Source of the DNA: the human T2T-CHM13v2.0 reference genome, Homo sapiens
Reading direction: 5' to 3' (one strand)
Assembly: GCF_009914755.1 (NCBI RefSeq)
Contig: NC_060942.1
Length of the DNA: 64,000 bases
Numbering within the stretch: position 1 is the stretch's first letter; the number at the start of each line of letters is the position of its first letter. Below are positions 42,481-56,929 of the stretch, piece after piece. The notes under the pieces were generated by a model. It saw only the letters and a program-made list of their open reading frames with translations. It ran no database searches and was not told where the DNA came from. A program made the translations under genes and the position numbers.

Positions 42481-43124
42481 ACTTTTCTAAAACCTTAAAG
42501 AAGAGCATCTCCACATTTAATGAAAGATTTGATCAGATGACTATAGTGGCTCCTCTGCATACACCTTTGAGGGACCATGTGAATATTTCACTAAGAGGTA
42601 AGAAATCTCTTGTTAAAGAAATCATGATTTCCTTAAGTTTCTTTTGCTTTTAAATCTCCACTAGTTGATGCAATACAAGAAAAACAAAACACCTAGTTGT
42701 GTATTCCACATAGTATCAGTCAGCTACTGCTGCCTAACAAACATTTCAAAATTCCAGTGGCATACAAAAATTAGCATTTATTTCTTATGTATCCATGTGT
42801 CAGTTGATCTAGACTAAATACTTAATTTCTTTTAAGACATGGGCTTAGAAATAACAAGGTGCAACTTACCTTATTCCACTGGATAAGACAAGTTTATTGA
42901 ATTGGGGAAGTGTACTCTGCTTCCATGACGCCAAGGCAAGGTTGTGGATGCATCCTCCTACCTCAGAGGGGGGAGAATTGTGGCTAATAATTCAACCTAT
43001 GGTGAAAAATTAACTAGATCATATTCTGCTCAGTAAAACCTGAAAGATTTTCAGCAATTCCTTTCACTGCAGTTCTTCCTGTACCATTTAGTCAAAAGTG
43101 ATTTATTCCTGTGTACATTGTTTT

Positions 43125-44106
43125 TAATAGGATGGTTGATGCATTTTATTACAAGGAAGCCTGTGTAATTTTGTAAAGTTTTTCTTAAATCTCAAAGTTG
43201 TAATATATCTTGATGCATAAGAGCCAGGCTTTGTAGAAGAAAGAAGAAAGAATTTTCTGTGAATTTAACAAGCTGAGTTTTACAGATTTAGAGCGAAGCT
43301 CAGAGTACTCAGCATGGTGTTTTAAACCATCAAAGGAAGAATATTTAATATGGTAAAATACCAAATACTGCATCACCCTGAAAGAAACAGAAGTTCAATC
43401 AGTAGGTTAAAATAAATGGTTCTGCAGGGACCTAGATTGATATTAATGCTGATAGAGTAAGGAGACCTTTCAACTGAGAAGATAGATTTGGGGAATTCCC
43501 AGATTTGGGATCTTGTGCCTGACCTTCCAAAATGCAACAGGCAAAACAACATAAAATCTGTTTACATTATCAATGGCTGCATGGTGGTGTTTAGGTAAAT
43601 GGTCCTGCAGGCAGCTCCATAGTTTTGATACACTCCAGGGTGATGTGGTCAAAGCAACCAAGACTTCCCAAGCCCTGCAAAGGGGAGAGGATGTTCTTTG
43701 GAGATACGTTGGGTCAGGATGAGAAAATGTAGACTATGTGACTAGTCAAGATAAGAAGCTGTAAGAGGGACTGGTGATACCTGTGGCATGTATCACTTCT
43801 AAACATGTAAAATCATCAGGGACGTAGTGTGTCAGGGTGCAAAATAACGATGACTGAACATGGCCCAGGGGTTAGATACTCACCTCTTCATCTCAGGATA
43901 AATACAAGTCACACACACTTAACTACTTAACTGCCTCACCTTATCTTGCTCTCTGGGGTTTAGGTAACCCTTATGAAAAAGGAAAGGATAAGGAGGTTTG
44001 GAGAAATCTTGGGACCACTTCTCTGTAAGCGAGGAGCGGTAAGGGCTAGAGAGCATGGGCCTTGAAATTGTGCAGACATGTGGCTGTGGATACATTTGAA
44101 TATCTG
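43125..44106 (-). ncRNA. Candidate 3' exons of an unannotated minus-strand spliced transcript
   Basis: Acceptors before 44106/44103, 43674 and 43377; donors after 43940 (AAG|GTGAGG), 43884 (GAG|GTGAGT) and 43524 (AAG|GTCAGG); AATAAA at 43150-43145 and 43107-43102. Motif evidence only. Confidence 0.35.
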
Positions 44107-44279
44107 CTAACAGAATATCAATTTTCAACTGCAATGTGACTGAGTTGCCTTGAATTGGGAAAAATAAGAGCTTTCAGCCATCAGTGAAAGTAGGGGTTAA
44201 AATCAAGGTCACTTAGAAGCTGAATTTACTTATAAAAAGAGAGACTTACATTTATGTACATATGAGTTGTTACTCTGAA

Positions 44280-44281
<2 letters not shown>

Positions 44282-44322
<41 letters not shown>
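44282..44322. repeat. (CA)n microsatellite
   Basis: About 20 AC units. Confidence 0.95.
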
Positions 44323-44323
<1 letters not shown>

Positions 44324-46749
44324 CTTCTGGAAATAAAGATTGTCAAGATACTTATCTGGTCAGAGTCTCTTAGGTAAATAGGTCTTTCCTGTTTCCAAAT
44401 GTTTTAGAATTATTGTTTCACCATGCACTTTTAAAAATCTTTATAATTTCATTTCTACACATTTCCAAGGTGAGTGATAAATGTAATAAAATGCAAAGTC
44501 AAATGTAAGGAGGAGCAGCATCAAATTCTTCTCCCATGATGACAAAGATCCAAAAGTTCTCAACCCCAAATTTGAACACCTTGAACTGTCAATCAAAATT
44601 AGAAATTGCCAGAGCCTTGTACAAAATCTAGTATCGTTTAACACAATGACTTTTTTTTTACTCAGTGAATTTTTGTACTGAAATCTTTTTTGTTGCCAGC
44701 ACAAGGTGAAATGGAAAGTTGGAAATAATATGAAAAGCTGGTAGCATAGGCAGCCAAACCAAATAATTAAAACAAAATCATACTCAGCAACATATTTTTG
44801 GAACTTGTAGAGTACAAATTATCTGCAGCTGTGAATAACTTCTAATATTTAAGTAATGAGTGAAATTTTTACTTCTTGACCCAAACTGTCGAGCTTGGCT
44901 CTCTTCATAAGATCTATGGCCAACTTTCTGTTTTGCTTTGAACTTTACAGGTTTGGGCAAAATCTGGACTCTTAAGAAACGAGAGAATTCTAGTTCTTTT
45001 GTAAAATTAAACTGTCCTATTTAAAAAGTTCTTTTGTTATTCCTTGATAGATGTTATCTCTTGATAAATTATTTAAATTGATAAAATGTTAATTTTATGT
45101 TTACTTGGAAATTGAAATTTAGAAATAATTTATCTAGCCCAAGGAAAGAAGGAATGTTAGCAGAGTATAGCCAGACTTTTCTCCATCACTCTAAACAGAC
45201 TAATTAAAAGAATGGCTTTAGTATTTTATCTGGGAGTGTTCAGTGAAACCCTTTTCCAGAGTTCTCTATAGTTTACCAGAAAAATTTCAGAAAGAAAGAA
45301 TATAAAGGACATGAAAACTATGAGAAGAGAGAGAAATAGCAAACCAGTGTGAGTCTGTAAAAGGGAGTTAAAGCTTTCTGGTTAAGTGGTAAGAGGGCAA
45401 ATGAATGTTACAAAGTTTTGATTCCTGAGACATAAACCATAAAAAGCTGAATATAAAATAGAAGCTAGAAAGTTAAGAAAGGATTCAATCAATACCACCA
45501 TGCCCTCAAAAACATGTCATTAGCCATAATAATTTATTCCAAACAAAGGTATTTTCATTCTTGGAAACAACATTTTCAAAACTAGAAAAAAAAAATGCCA
45601 AGTCAAAAGAATCGGATTGAGTTCCTTCTTTTAGAGGATGTCAACAGCTGTAAATAATTTGCACTCCAAAAGTTATAAGAATGTGTCTGAGTGAAATAGT
45701 ATAATAGTAACATGGCAGAGGAGCCTGGGAGAAAGGAAAGGTTAATTTAATATGCTCTGAAATATCCAAGAAGTTAGTTTGCTTCATATGCAGTAAAGAG
45801 AAGATCAAGTTTATCTAAAATGAAGTTTTTAAAAAGTTACTCTTCTCTGACTTATTTTTTCCATAACACAGTTTTATTTACTGTACGTACTGGAATTTAT
45901 AAAAAATTAAATGACTAAATTGCCTCGTTATATTGTACCCTAATATAAATGTATTTTAATTGTAAATTAGTACTTAAATATGATTGGTTTTGAAGCACTG
46001 CTTAAAATAATTTTATTTGTTAAAATTGAATACAATTTTCCTTTTTAATAAAAGCTATATTTTTCAAGTACGTAAAATGCAAAGTATATTATATTACTTA
46101 TTGGCTATCATTAAGACTAACGGTTTTGGGAGCTATAAAATCATTATTTAATTTTAAAAGATAGTTGTCTGAAATATAAACATGTTGACTTGTCTTAAAA
46201 TATTTGGGTGGCAAAACACCCAAATGGTATGACTGATTTCTTGAACAATGAAAACAATAATAACACCATGAAATAGTCAAATATTTATATTAACTCAGTC
46301 ACACATTTTACCCAAAATTGAAATTTTGCTTGTGCTTAAGAGTAAAAACATTTGCAAAAATGTATGCCTTTTCTTTCAATAGTACCTATAATTTGTTGAA
46401 GGGTTATGTAAAAGTGATCATAATATCATTAGTTTAAAAATATGCCATACAAGAAACACACACACACAAATTAAAAATTAGGCAGGTGGTTTACTAACAT
46501 TCTGCAATAGGCACCTTTGAAGTTATAATTTTTATTCATACTGAAATTGTTCCTTTTTAATCTTAGTATCTTTCAATGGGAAATGATATTTTGAGACAAC
46601 TCTGGGTGTTAGGGGTTGTCTTTGATACTGGATTTGTCACTATTCCTAACTTTTTTCACTTAACAAAACTAGAGTATATAAATGTATATGTATATGTTTA
46701 TAAATAAGTATAGTTTTATATAATAATTATATATGTATTTATATACAGT

Positions 46750-47780
46750 GCAGAATGGAGTCACACTGATGCTTCCATTCAAAATCAGGACCAGGGTTTC
46801 TATTAAACTCTTCAGTCTCACATCTGTATCTCTTTTCTCCGTGTTGCAAATCCTGGTTCTTGACAACAGCAGGAATGGTAGCATTAGCTTATCATGGTCC
46901 ACAAAATTTCTCATTTGCTTTATCTGTAATATACACACAACAGTCTCAGAATAACAATGTCAACACTACCACCAAGAATATGATTACAGAAAATAACTAA
47001 ATATTTTACAGCTATTTTTGTCAAATTATTGTGATTTAAATAACTTAGGATTATTGATCACTGTGTGTCTACATGCCACTAACTGAATACATGTTTAAGC
47101 TCAATTGCTTAGTTTCATTTTAGAATTTTAGAGATTGATTTATTTTTAATGTAATTTTACATGGTCTCAAAGTTGAAACTACAAAAGAGGTAAAATCAAA
47201 ATTTAACTTCTATTCTTTACTCTTCATTTAATAATCCTAATAGTTGTCATTTTAAAATATTATCATTTACTTTTAATTTTAATATATATTAATAACATAA
47301 TCAGTACCACTTATACTTTTCATTTGAAATATTATAGTTTTTCCATTTATTTTAACATATTATACATAAAAGAGTTAAAATATATGCTATATACATATTT
47401 GTATATGTACACATAATCATGTGTTGCCTTTCTTCTTTTCTGTTTTTTTTTTGTTTTGTCTTTTCACTTTGTATTCTAGACATCACTTTATAGTCACATA
47501 TAGAAATATCCCTCATTCTTTTTTACAACTGGAGATTATGTTGATATGCTACTAGTTATTCATCACTTCTAATATTGACAGATATTTGTGCTATTTCTAA
47601 CATAGACTTTTAAAATAATTTTTGCAATGAATGACCTTCTTATACATTTTTTGTATTTTCACCAGTTTATCTTTGTTATATATTTTTTAAAGTGGCAATA
47701 TTGCTACATGAAAAGTAAAGGTATATTTAATTTTGCTAGATAGTGAGAAATTCCTTTTATTATATAAGGTCATTTTCAGT
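46750..47780 (-). mobile_element. L1MC/L1ME 3' fragments
   Basis: cacactgatgcttccattcaaaatcaggacc...acatctgtatctc resembles the L1MC4/5 3' end; boundaries approximate. Confidence 0.55.
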
Positions 47781-48015
47781 TGTTTAGTTAGTGTTTGATT
47801 TAGATAAGATCTATACATTGTGTTTGCTTGATATGTATTTTGTCTCTTTTCCCTTGACATTTATTTATTGTTATAACCAAGTATGGAATTTAATTTTTTC
47901 CTCTTCTCTATATTTCTTATACATGAAATGATAGATTTAGAGGTTTAATCTCACTTAGGTTTTCTTGGCAAGAATACTACACAGGAAATGCTGGTATTTC
48001 CATCAGGAAACGTGA

Positions 48016-48366
<351 letters not shown>

Positions 48367-48759
48367 CCTGGATTCTTTATTAATTCATGATATGCAGAGT
48401 GATGATACTCTAATTCTACTGTAATATATCTTTGATTATTTCTTCTCTCTGTTCTCTGTGTCCATTTTTGGGCATTATGAGTAGATGACTGTTGTATATT
48501 TCCACATTGTCCTGTACATTTCTTAACCTCTATTTCATAGTTTCCATCTTTTTTATCTGTGGAGTGTATTCTGGGTTTTTCTTTGGCTTATATTTTCAAG
48601 TTCACTAATTGTCACCTCAGTTGGGTATAATCTGCTTATTAACCATTTCCAATTAATTTTGAAAATTTCAATCATTTAGTTTTTATATTTAGAATTCCTA
48701 TTTATTTAAAAACTACTTGGACATTTTTCATAATTTCTTGACTTTGCTATATTTTTAAG

Positions 48760-49240
48760 ATATAAAGACACACGCATGTGAGTGTTCCTTGTAGCACTCT
48801 TCACAATAACAAAGACACGGAATCAACCTAAATGTCCATGAATAGAAAACAGAATAGAGAAAATGTGGTACATATACACCACGGAATACCATGCAGCCAC
48901 AAAAAAGAATGAGATCATGTCCTTTGCAAAGACATGGATGCAGCTGGAGGTCATTATCCTTAGCAAACTAACTCAGGAACAAAAAACAAAATCTCGCATG
49001 TTCTCACTTATAAGTGGGAGCTAAATGATGAAAACACATGAACACAAGGGAACAACACACACCGTGGCCTGTCAGAGGGTGGAGAGTGGGAGGAGGGAGA
49101 GGATCAGGAAAAATAACTAATGGGTAATAGGCTTAATACCTGAGTAATGAAATAATCTGTACAAAAAAAAACCCTATGACACAAGTTTACCTATGAAACA
49201 AACCTGCATATGTACCCCTGAACTTTAAAGTTAAAAAAAG
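48760..49240 (+). mobile_element. L1PA13-16-like 3' end
   Basis: gagaggatcaggaaaaataactaatgggta...ggcttaatacctg...atctgtac...gtacccctgaact. Confidence 0.88.
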
Positions 49241-52200
49241 ACTTATTGATACACATTGAAAATAATTATTTCTGGTTAGTCTCAAAGAATTCTAATACAT
49301 AAACTTTTTGTAGTTTTTATTGTATTACCATTTTTTTCCCGCATTTCACTCCTTACATCCTTTGTGGTACTTATATATTGTGTCTCTGTGTGTGTTTGGC
49401 TGTGCAGATAATTTTCCTTGGAATTTTACCTATAGGAAATATTTGTGATCTTGGTTGAATTTATTTACATCAGTTCCGTGGGGAAATTTTGAACTCAAAA
49501 CCATTTAAAAATAATTTTGCTGAGAACTTTTTGATTAAGCAGGTAGCATGAAGTAGAGCTGCAAACTCGTAACAGGTTCAGCTTGTGTTTCCATGTTTTA
49601 AAGGACTATTTCTCCCTTCAACACTCAATACAAGATCAAGACGTACACATGTCTTTGCTGTATCTTTCTTCTCAGTAGGTGAATTGATCATTGACTTTTA
49701 GTCTCAAGTTATAGTTATTTTGGATTTCCACTTTTATATGAGGGTCTGTGCTGTTGGAGTCCCACATTGTCAGTTTCTAGGCTTTCTCTCCTCTCTCTTA
49801 GGCCCTGAGAAGTCCTCAAAATGGGAGTCAAAGTTACCAATTTTAGGCAAATACCTTCACAATGAAAGTTGACTTTAGCACTCTTTTTCTCCTTGATTTC
49901 TAACTTTCACTTCATGTTGGGCCTAATAATTCTTAGTTTCCTTACAGATCAACAAAATGTTATTTCTCCTTTTATTCTAGCTACTTAAAATCTTTTTCTT
50001 GGCATGGGTTAAAGGGGGTATTTAGATCTCTATGCTTGCAGAAAAAGAAACTATGTTATGGTATATGGAATTTTAAAATTGGTATAAATGATAAGCTATT
50101 CAAGTAAAGGAATTACTATGTCATGTGCCTCAAATTAAGCAGATTAAAGAGTAACTCGAAGAGAGTCTTGCCTGGAAGTAAATAAACAAATAAACAGAAA
50201 TAACTAAGAACAGTTTCCTAAATATGTCAGATACAGTGATTGCAATTGTTTTTCAAGGGAGAGAAGAGATTCAAGGTTGACAAGTATATTGCAATGAATC
50301 AAATGGGAAATTTTCTTCGATTTTTAAAGGAAGATTCCCATTACTTGCTGTTAGGTTACAGGTACTAGATTCAAAATTAGTTTAGAAACTATAGAGCTTG
50401 CATAAGGGTATTCATTAAACCACTGATCCATAAGTTTAACAAGTGAGGTAACATTTTCAGGCAAGGAAATGGGAGACATAACCCAAGACCAGCACCTACA
50501 ATCTAACAGCAGAACAACTTTATGACCGTCAGATGTGCTTGGGACTCTAGAAGAGAGTCAACGTTTTCCCTCTCCATATTCCAAACTGTCGTAGTATATT
50601 TCTTTTAATTAATGGCTAAAGTTACTGGTTACTGAGTTCAAAATCTCTCTTTGCCAGAAAAGGAACTTTCTTAATTTTCCAAAAACAACACCATCCATCT
50701 TTTTCTAAGATTTGCCATTTCTTTTTCATCAACTAATTTGCTCTTTAGGAATTCATATTTGATTTCTACCATTTCTGTATAAGTTTGATTGCCAGAAATC
50801 CTTTCTTTTAGCTCTGACACTATTACATTTATAATTGAGTAGCTGCAACACTGTTTTATGTGAGATGTACCCGGTTTTAGTTTGCCGTCTCAGCAGATAT
50901 TGCTGATTCAGAGATAAACAGGATTTTGGATGTCATCAGGTCAAATCTTTTTTTTAAAAATAAATAGTGAACAAACAAAGACTAAGTCACAGTGAATTGA
51001 GAAACTTTCCCTAAAGTCACTCAGTTAACTGAAATATGTTTATGTTAAAAAATTCCCAAATCCCGCATGCATAACTGATTGAATAAATCATATGCTTATT
51101 CAAAGAGCATTTATTGAAAACCAAATGCTTATCAAGCTAATGTGCTGGGAACTGGGGATAAAAAGGTGAACAGGGCATGGGAACTGCTTTGAAGGAATTC
51201 AGACTTGGGGAAGCAGAACCATGAAGAAATAGTGATGACTTCTGATCAAAGTGATTTCTAGTTATAATCTACAATGATGAAAAGGAAGAAAACCAGAAAA
51301 AAAAAAAAAAACTGTGAAAACCTAGTACCAGAATTTTGAAGTGAAGACTCTTAAAAGGTAAATAGGGTGGGTATATGAAAAAGGAACCTGACTTATTCTA
51401 AATTTGGATAGAGGTTATTCTGAATAATAATAAGAAGGTTCGTTATGCATTCCTGTTTAACGACACACACTATCCAGAGAACTGGACAGCCATCCTTTTT
51501 TCTACGAGGTTGACAGATGTTCCCAAATACCTTGCCCTCATCTCCCAGTAGCTTGATAAACAAAAAATAAAAATGCCCAAAATTTACTCTGCTAGGAAAT
51601 TTATGTGCATACACACGTGTTTGTGTTTTTATAGGTGTGTGAGCTGACAGAGCAGCAGGAAATTATGAGATGTATAGTCCTCACCAGGAGAGAACTATAG
51701 GAAGTAGGCCAACAGGAAACCTAGTAGCATAGATGCTGGGGATTATATTTTTTCCTTGTACCATGTTGCTTAAGGCCACATAGTCTAAGGATTGCTTAAG
51801 TCAAAGATTGCGTAAGCATAGCACAAAGATTGCTTAGTACAAAATTGCTTAAGGCAATTGAAAAGTATGAAGAAAATAATAAAGATTCATTTATATTTTA
51901 AAATCTCACCTTTCTTTTGTATTTTCATAGAAATTCAATAATGTACATCACATGTTAGCACAACAATACGTCATATTTATAAATAAATTCAGTACATTTA
52001 TTTATGTCATGAGTTCTTACGGAATATAATTTGATGATTGTTGCACAATCAAAAATGTTTGGAGACCATTAAAGTAGAGAAGCAGAAAATCATGCAGTGA
52101 GGAAAGGAAAAAATCTAAAAAATATAGGTGACTGTAGAGATGAGTTACATTATTGATTCTACAGAGGCTTGCTATTGATTATAAGGAGCTCTGATAGCTT

Positions 52201-52244
52201 AGGCAAACTTGCTGCCTCACACATGGGTTGATTTTTTAAAAAGA

Positions 52245-53090
52245 AAACAATTGTATTGAGCTATAATTCACATACCATACATTCCACCCATTTAAAATGT
52301 ACAGTTCAATAGTTTTAGTATATTCACAAAATTGTGCCACCATCATCACAATCAGTTTTAGAACACTTTTATCAACCAAGATAAAATAAAATTAAGAAAG
52401 AAACCCTGTGTGCATCAGCAGTCACTCCTGATCTCTCGCTATCCTCAACTGTAGGCAAACAATTATCTACTTTCTATCCTTATTTATTTGCAGATTCTGC
52501 ACATTCTATATAAATGAATTATACAATACGTTGTTTTTTTCACTGACTTCTTTTACTTATCATAATGTCTCCTAACTTTCTCAATGTTTTAGCATGCATC
52601 AGTACTTTATTGCTTTTTATTGTTGAATTATATTCTATTGAATTTATGTGCCATGATTTCTTTGTCCATTCCTCAGTGAAAGGGTTGTTTCTACTTTTTG
52701 GCCATTATGCATAATGCTGCTATAAACATTTGTGTACAAGTGTTTGTGTGAATGTAGGTGTTTATTTCAGTACAATTTTAATTTTGGGGAACTGCCAGAC
52801 TATTTTCCAAAGCAGCTGCACCATTTTGCATTCCTCCCATCAATATGTAAGGATTTCACCTCCACATTTTCATCAACACTTGTTTTTTTTTTTTTGCTTC
52901 CATAAAAGTTTATTCACAGACACTAATGTGAATTTCATGATTTTCATGTCATGAAATATATTTTTAATTTGTTTTCAATCATTTTAAAAATCATTTGTTA
53001 TGTTTTTATAATCTTAGCTATTCCAGTGGAAATAAGGTAGTATCTCCTTGTTGCTTTGATTCACATTTCCTAATGACTAATGATGCTGAG
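52245..53090 (-). mobile_element. L1MB 3' end with a short MER58-like insert at ~52900-52992
   Basis: ttgagctataattcacataccat...ttttagtatattcaca...ccagactattttccaaagcagctgcaccattttgcattcc...taatgatgctgag. Confidence 0.8.
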
Positions 53091-55384
53091 GTTTCCGACA
53101 GGTGGATTCTGACAGTTTTAACAAGTCTTTCCGTGTTTCTGGGCCCTACTCTACCATTTTGGCTGATGTTACTTGGATCAGAAACATTTTGCATTCACCT
53201 GGAAGGCAGTCTCGTCACAAGTCTGTGTCAACTTTCCTATCCTTCTGTCATTATACAGTCTGAGGAGAATGAAATCAGTGTCAGAACAATAACATAATTA
53301 TAATCACACCAGATAAGCCAGAAGTGAGTAGAACATTGGAGGGCTTATTAAGACACATGGTCTACAAACTCTGATGGAAAAAACACTATCATATCTCTGA
53401 AAGTTTTAGGGATACATAAAAACACATTCAGATTAGTTCATCTTGCAACTAATTAAGCATAGATAAGCATAACTTATCTGTTTTTGTATGTATCATCTGT
53501 AATTGTTGTTAGTAACAACATCATGATGTTGTTAGTAATTGGCTAACAACATCATGAAAAGTACAAAACAAAATGCCTTCATTACTTAGCTGATTATGGA
53601 GACTGTGAGTGGTAGTCTTCTTTGTGCATATTTATATTTTCTGATTTATTGAAAAGAAACATCTATGACTTATGTAATATATATTAATTTTATACAAGAA
53701 TACATTTAAGTTCTCAGAAAATTAATAAGAGAAGAATGAGTGGGTGGACAGAAAGAAATTTGGATATAGAATTTTTTGGCTGAATTCAAGATTCTTTATC
53801 TGTAACACAATAATTTTATTAGATTAGTTATTTTCCAAAGTGCTCCTTAGAGTCTGGGGATTCCATGGATGACCTCCAAGGGCCATTGTTGGAGGAAATT
53901 AGATGTGAAGAGAGTTTCCAAGTGGGCAGGTATCCAGGCTGTCCTCCAAGAATTAATGGGAGAAGTTTCACTTTTGACATCCGTGACTTCTGTGTAATAT
54001 ATAGTTTAACTCTTAAACAAAAGTTCTCCATTACTTTAAAAACATTTGAAAGCCAATGTGATAAATAATTTCTTAGGTTAATTTTGATTATATGCCATCA
54101 AAATATTATTATTTTGTTATTTTAAAAATTGTCTAGAGCTTATCTGGATTTGGCTTGTATAATGATTTGTGGAATAAATAGAAGACAGAAAGATTGGGTT
54201 ATAAGTATTTAAAATTTTTTTTATAATAACATGTATTGCTGAGCCTTTGTAGATTATTTTAGTTAAAGTGAGAAAATGTTTTAATTTCAATTTTTAAGAT
54301 CTAAGAGATATAACTAGAATAACAGTCATTGAGGTATTTTTGAGGGTTTCTAGAATTAGACAAATAATGTAAATACTGAAGCTACTTTTATTATAGCTAT
54401 ATTGTGTAAATAATTTCTATCATTTAACCAGAAAGTGAAATTTTCTGATTTCAGTGAATAGGAATGCAATTTCTCTTTGAAGAAGCAATAGCAGTCTTGT
54501 TCTTTTACTGCCCTATCAAATACATTATCATCATTGAATTTTCTTAGAAAGATGGTTAATAATGTTTATAGGTCCAAATTTTCATTTTTGTACTTCTAGG
54601 ATTTGGATTAAATTATGTATTTTTATTCCGCTTATCACCCAAAAGTTTATATTTTTACTTATTTGGTGCATTTTAGAGTTCATGAGGAAAATCAACCTAT
54701 ACACCTCTTTGTCCTTGTTGTGTAGGAATATAATGAAATAAAATCACCTTTCAAATATATATATATATATACACATACACACACACATATAAAAATGTAA
54801 TGATTTATTCCTTTTCCTCTTCTCTCTCAAAGGTTTTTGAAGTCAATACAAGCTATGTCTGTGTATAGGAAAGTATGCCATGGAAATATTAGTGCTTTAT
54901 TTAATTAGCTAATTGCACTGCATATTTCTTTTTCATCTGAATGGATATTTTTGCATGTCCTCTGCTTTGACATCAGAGTTATGATATCCTCAGCTTTTTT
55001 CGATCTGGATCAGGGGTGCATTACCCTCCTACAGTTCAGAGACACTGTCTTCACTCTCTAATTTCCAGTAGTTGGAAATAAAAGATTTGACTTAATCAGC
55101 ATTGATTAACCAAAACTAAATGAAATCTTGAGGGAAATTTGCTTGAAAGTGTTTAGAATGAAAATAATATTCATTTTTCATGTTTGTGGTGTTGTGCTAG
55201 TCATGTTTCATAATACAGTAAAAATATTCAACATTGTTTCTAAAAGGCAAAGGCCATATTTTAATCACAGGACTGATTAATCAGCACCAAACAAAAACAA
55301 AAATTTAACCGTATGTGAGGCCATTCTTTTTTAGTGTAATTGAATGTATGCCATTATTATTATTATTGTTACTATTGTTATTAT

Positions 55385-55570
55385 ACCTGCCATTTACATT
55401 TAATGAGTGTTTACTATCTGCCAGGCTAGAGATTCTCTTTTGCAGATTCACAATCATCTTTTCAACAACTTACTGGCCTCGTTTTGCAGGTGAGGTAATT
55501 GGTATCCAGTGGAGGTTGGTACGATTGGTTCGCTTATTTATCCAGCAGTCCTGGCCTGGGAAGGCTCCTG
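55385..55570 (-). mobile_element. MIR fragment
   Basis: atttaatgagtgtttactatctgccagg...gttttgcaggtgaggtaattgg. Confidence 0.6.
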
Positions 55571-56514
55571 TTTTCAGTCAGGTTTCCCATTGTGATATGT
55601 GGGTGGAGAGCAGGTAATCAGGTTCTAGATGTCCATAATCTAAACATAAGAAGTCTTATTTTTGAGTAGATTCCTTAAGTGTGTTTCACTAGGAGTGGAG
55701 AGCCTCTTTCCTTTATTTTTTAGTGCTTGTTGCAGTCTTGAAGTTTCCTAAAACTTTGTGATGTGTCTCTCCCTGTCCCTTGTGCTCATGCTAGGAAGCC
55801 TCCTCAGAGAGTGATCTACTTCATTCAAATGTCACTTCTTCCAGCATTAGACTCTGCCGTCCAAGCAGCTGCTGTGTGTGTGAGCAGAGAGAAAAGGTCC
55901 CAAGCCCTGTGGTCAGGCAGGCAATGCATTGATAATCCTGATGGTTTATACCTCATTGGTTTGGGTTTACACTGCACTTAGATATTCTACCAGATACTTT
56001 GGGAAGACTGACTTTTACCTTGTTGACAGCCTTCTCTTTCAGATATTGGGTGATGTAGTTTCCCATGTTTAGATGTCCCTGTCATCAGTTCCCATATATT
56101 TTTGGTGTTTAGAAAGTCCCAAAAATGTCTTGTCTGATTTACATCAGAAGATGTAAATCACCCTTTCTTGATTTCACCATTGTTAGAGGCTTATTTTTAG
56201 AGCAAGAGCAATACTTTTATGTTATGGGAAATAGGAGAGGAAACATACTATACGGAGCCTATTATATTAAATTAAAGTCTGCTGATAACATTTATGAGTG
56301 TTTTTGAGTATAATTGACTCAGGTTTAACAGTTGATACTCAAGACTAAACTCCATGTTTTACTCTTTCTCAAAAGGAAATTGTATAACAATTCTAATAGT
56401 GCGTTTTTCAATCATGACATTTTTCTGTTTCATTTATATGAATTTTTTAAATCCTTAAGCTGCACTGGCTTACCTCACATATGCTCTAAATATTCAGTAT
56501 TTGTTAAGAGCCAT

Positions 56515-56929
56515 TGTATTAGTACATTCTGGCATTGCTGTAAAGAAATGCCTGGGACTGGGTAATTTATAAAGAAAAGAGGTTAATTGACTCACAGTTC
56601 TGTGGGCTGTGCAGGAAGCATGGCAGCTTCTGTTTTGTGGGGGGCAGCGCTCAGAAAAGCTTCCAGTCATGGCAGAAGGCAAAGGGTGAGTGAGGCGTCT
56701 CACATGGTGGGAGCAGGAGGAAGAGAGAGAGGGAAGTGACACACATTTTTAAACAACCAGATCTCACGAGAATTCTTATCATGAGAACAGCACCAAGGGG
56801 ATGGTTGTAAACCATTCATGAAAGATCCACCCCCATGATCCAGTCACCTCCCATCAAACCTCACCTCCAACATTGGGGATTACAATTCGACATGAAATTG
56901 GAGTGGGGACACAGATTCAAACCATACCA
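56515..56929 (-). mobile_element. MSTA/MSTB (MaLR) solo LTR
   Basis: tgtattagt...gactgggtaatttataaagaaaagagg...gggacacagattcaaaccatacca; 5-bp TSD gccat (56510-56514 / 56930-56934). Confidence 0.92.

Noticed and set aside
46202-46225. 9-bp hairpin atttgggtg/cacccaaat
   Set aside because: Short, isolated and plausible by chance in 64 kb.
54890-55090. Exon-like unique stretch with a minus-strand AATAAA
   Set aside because: Frames checked are closed and I found no convincing splice-site pair.
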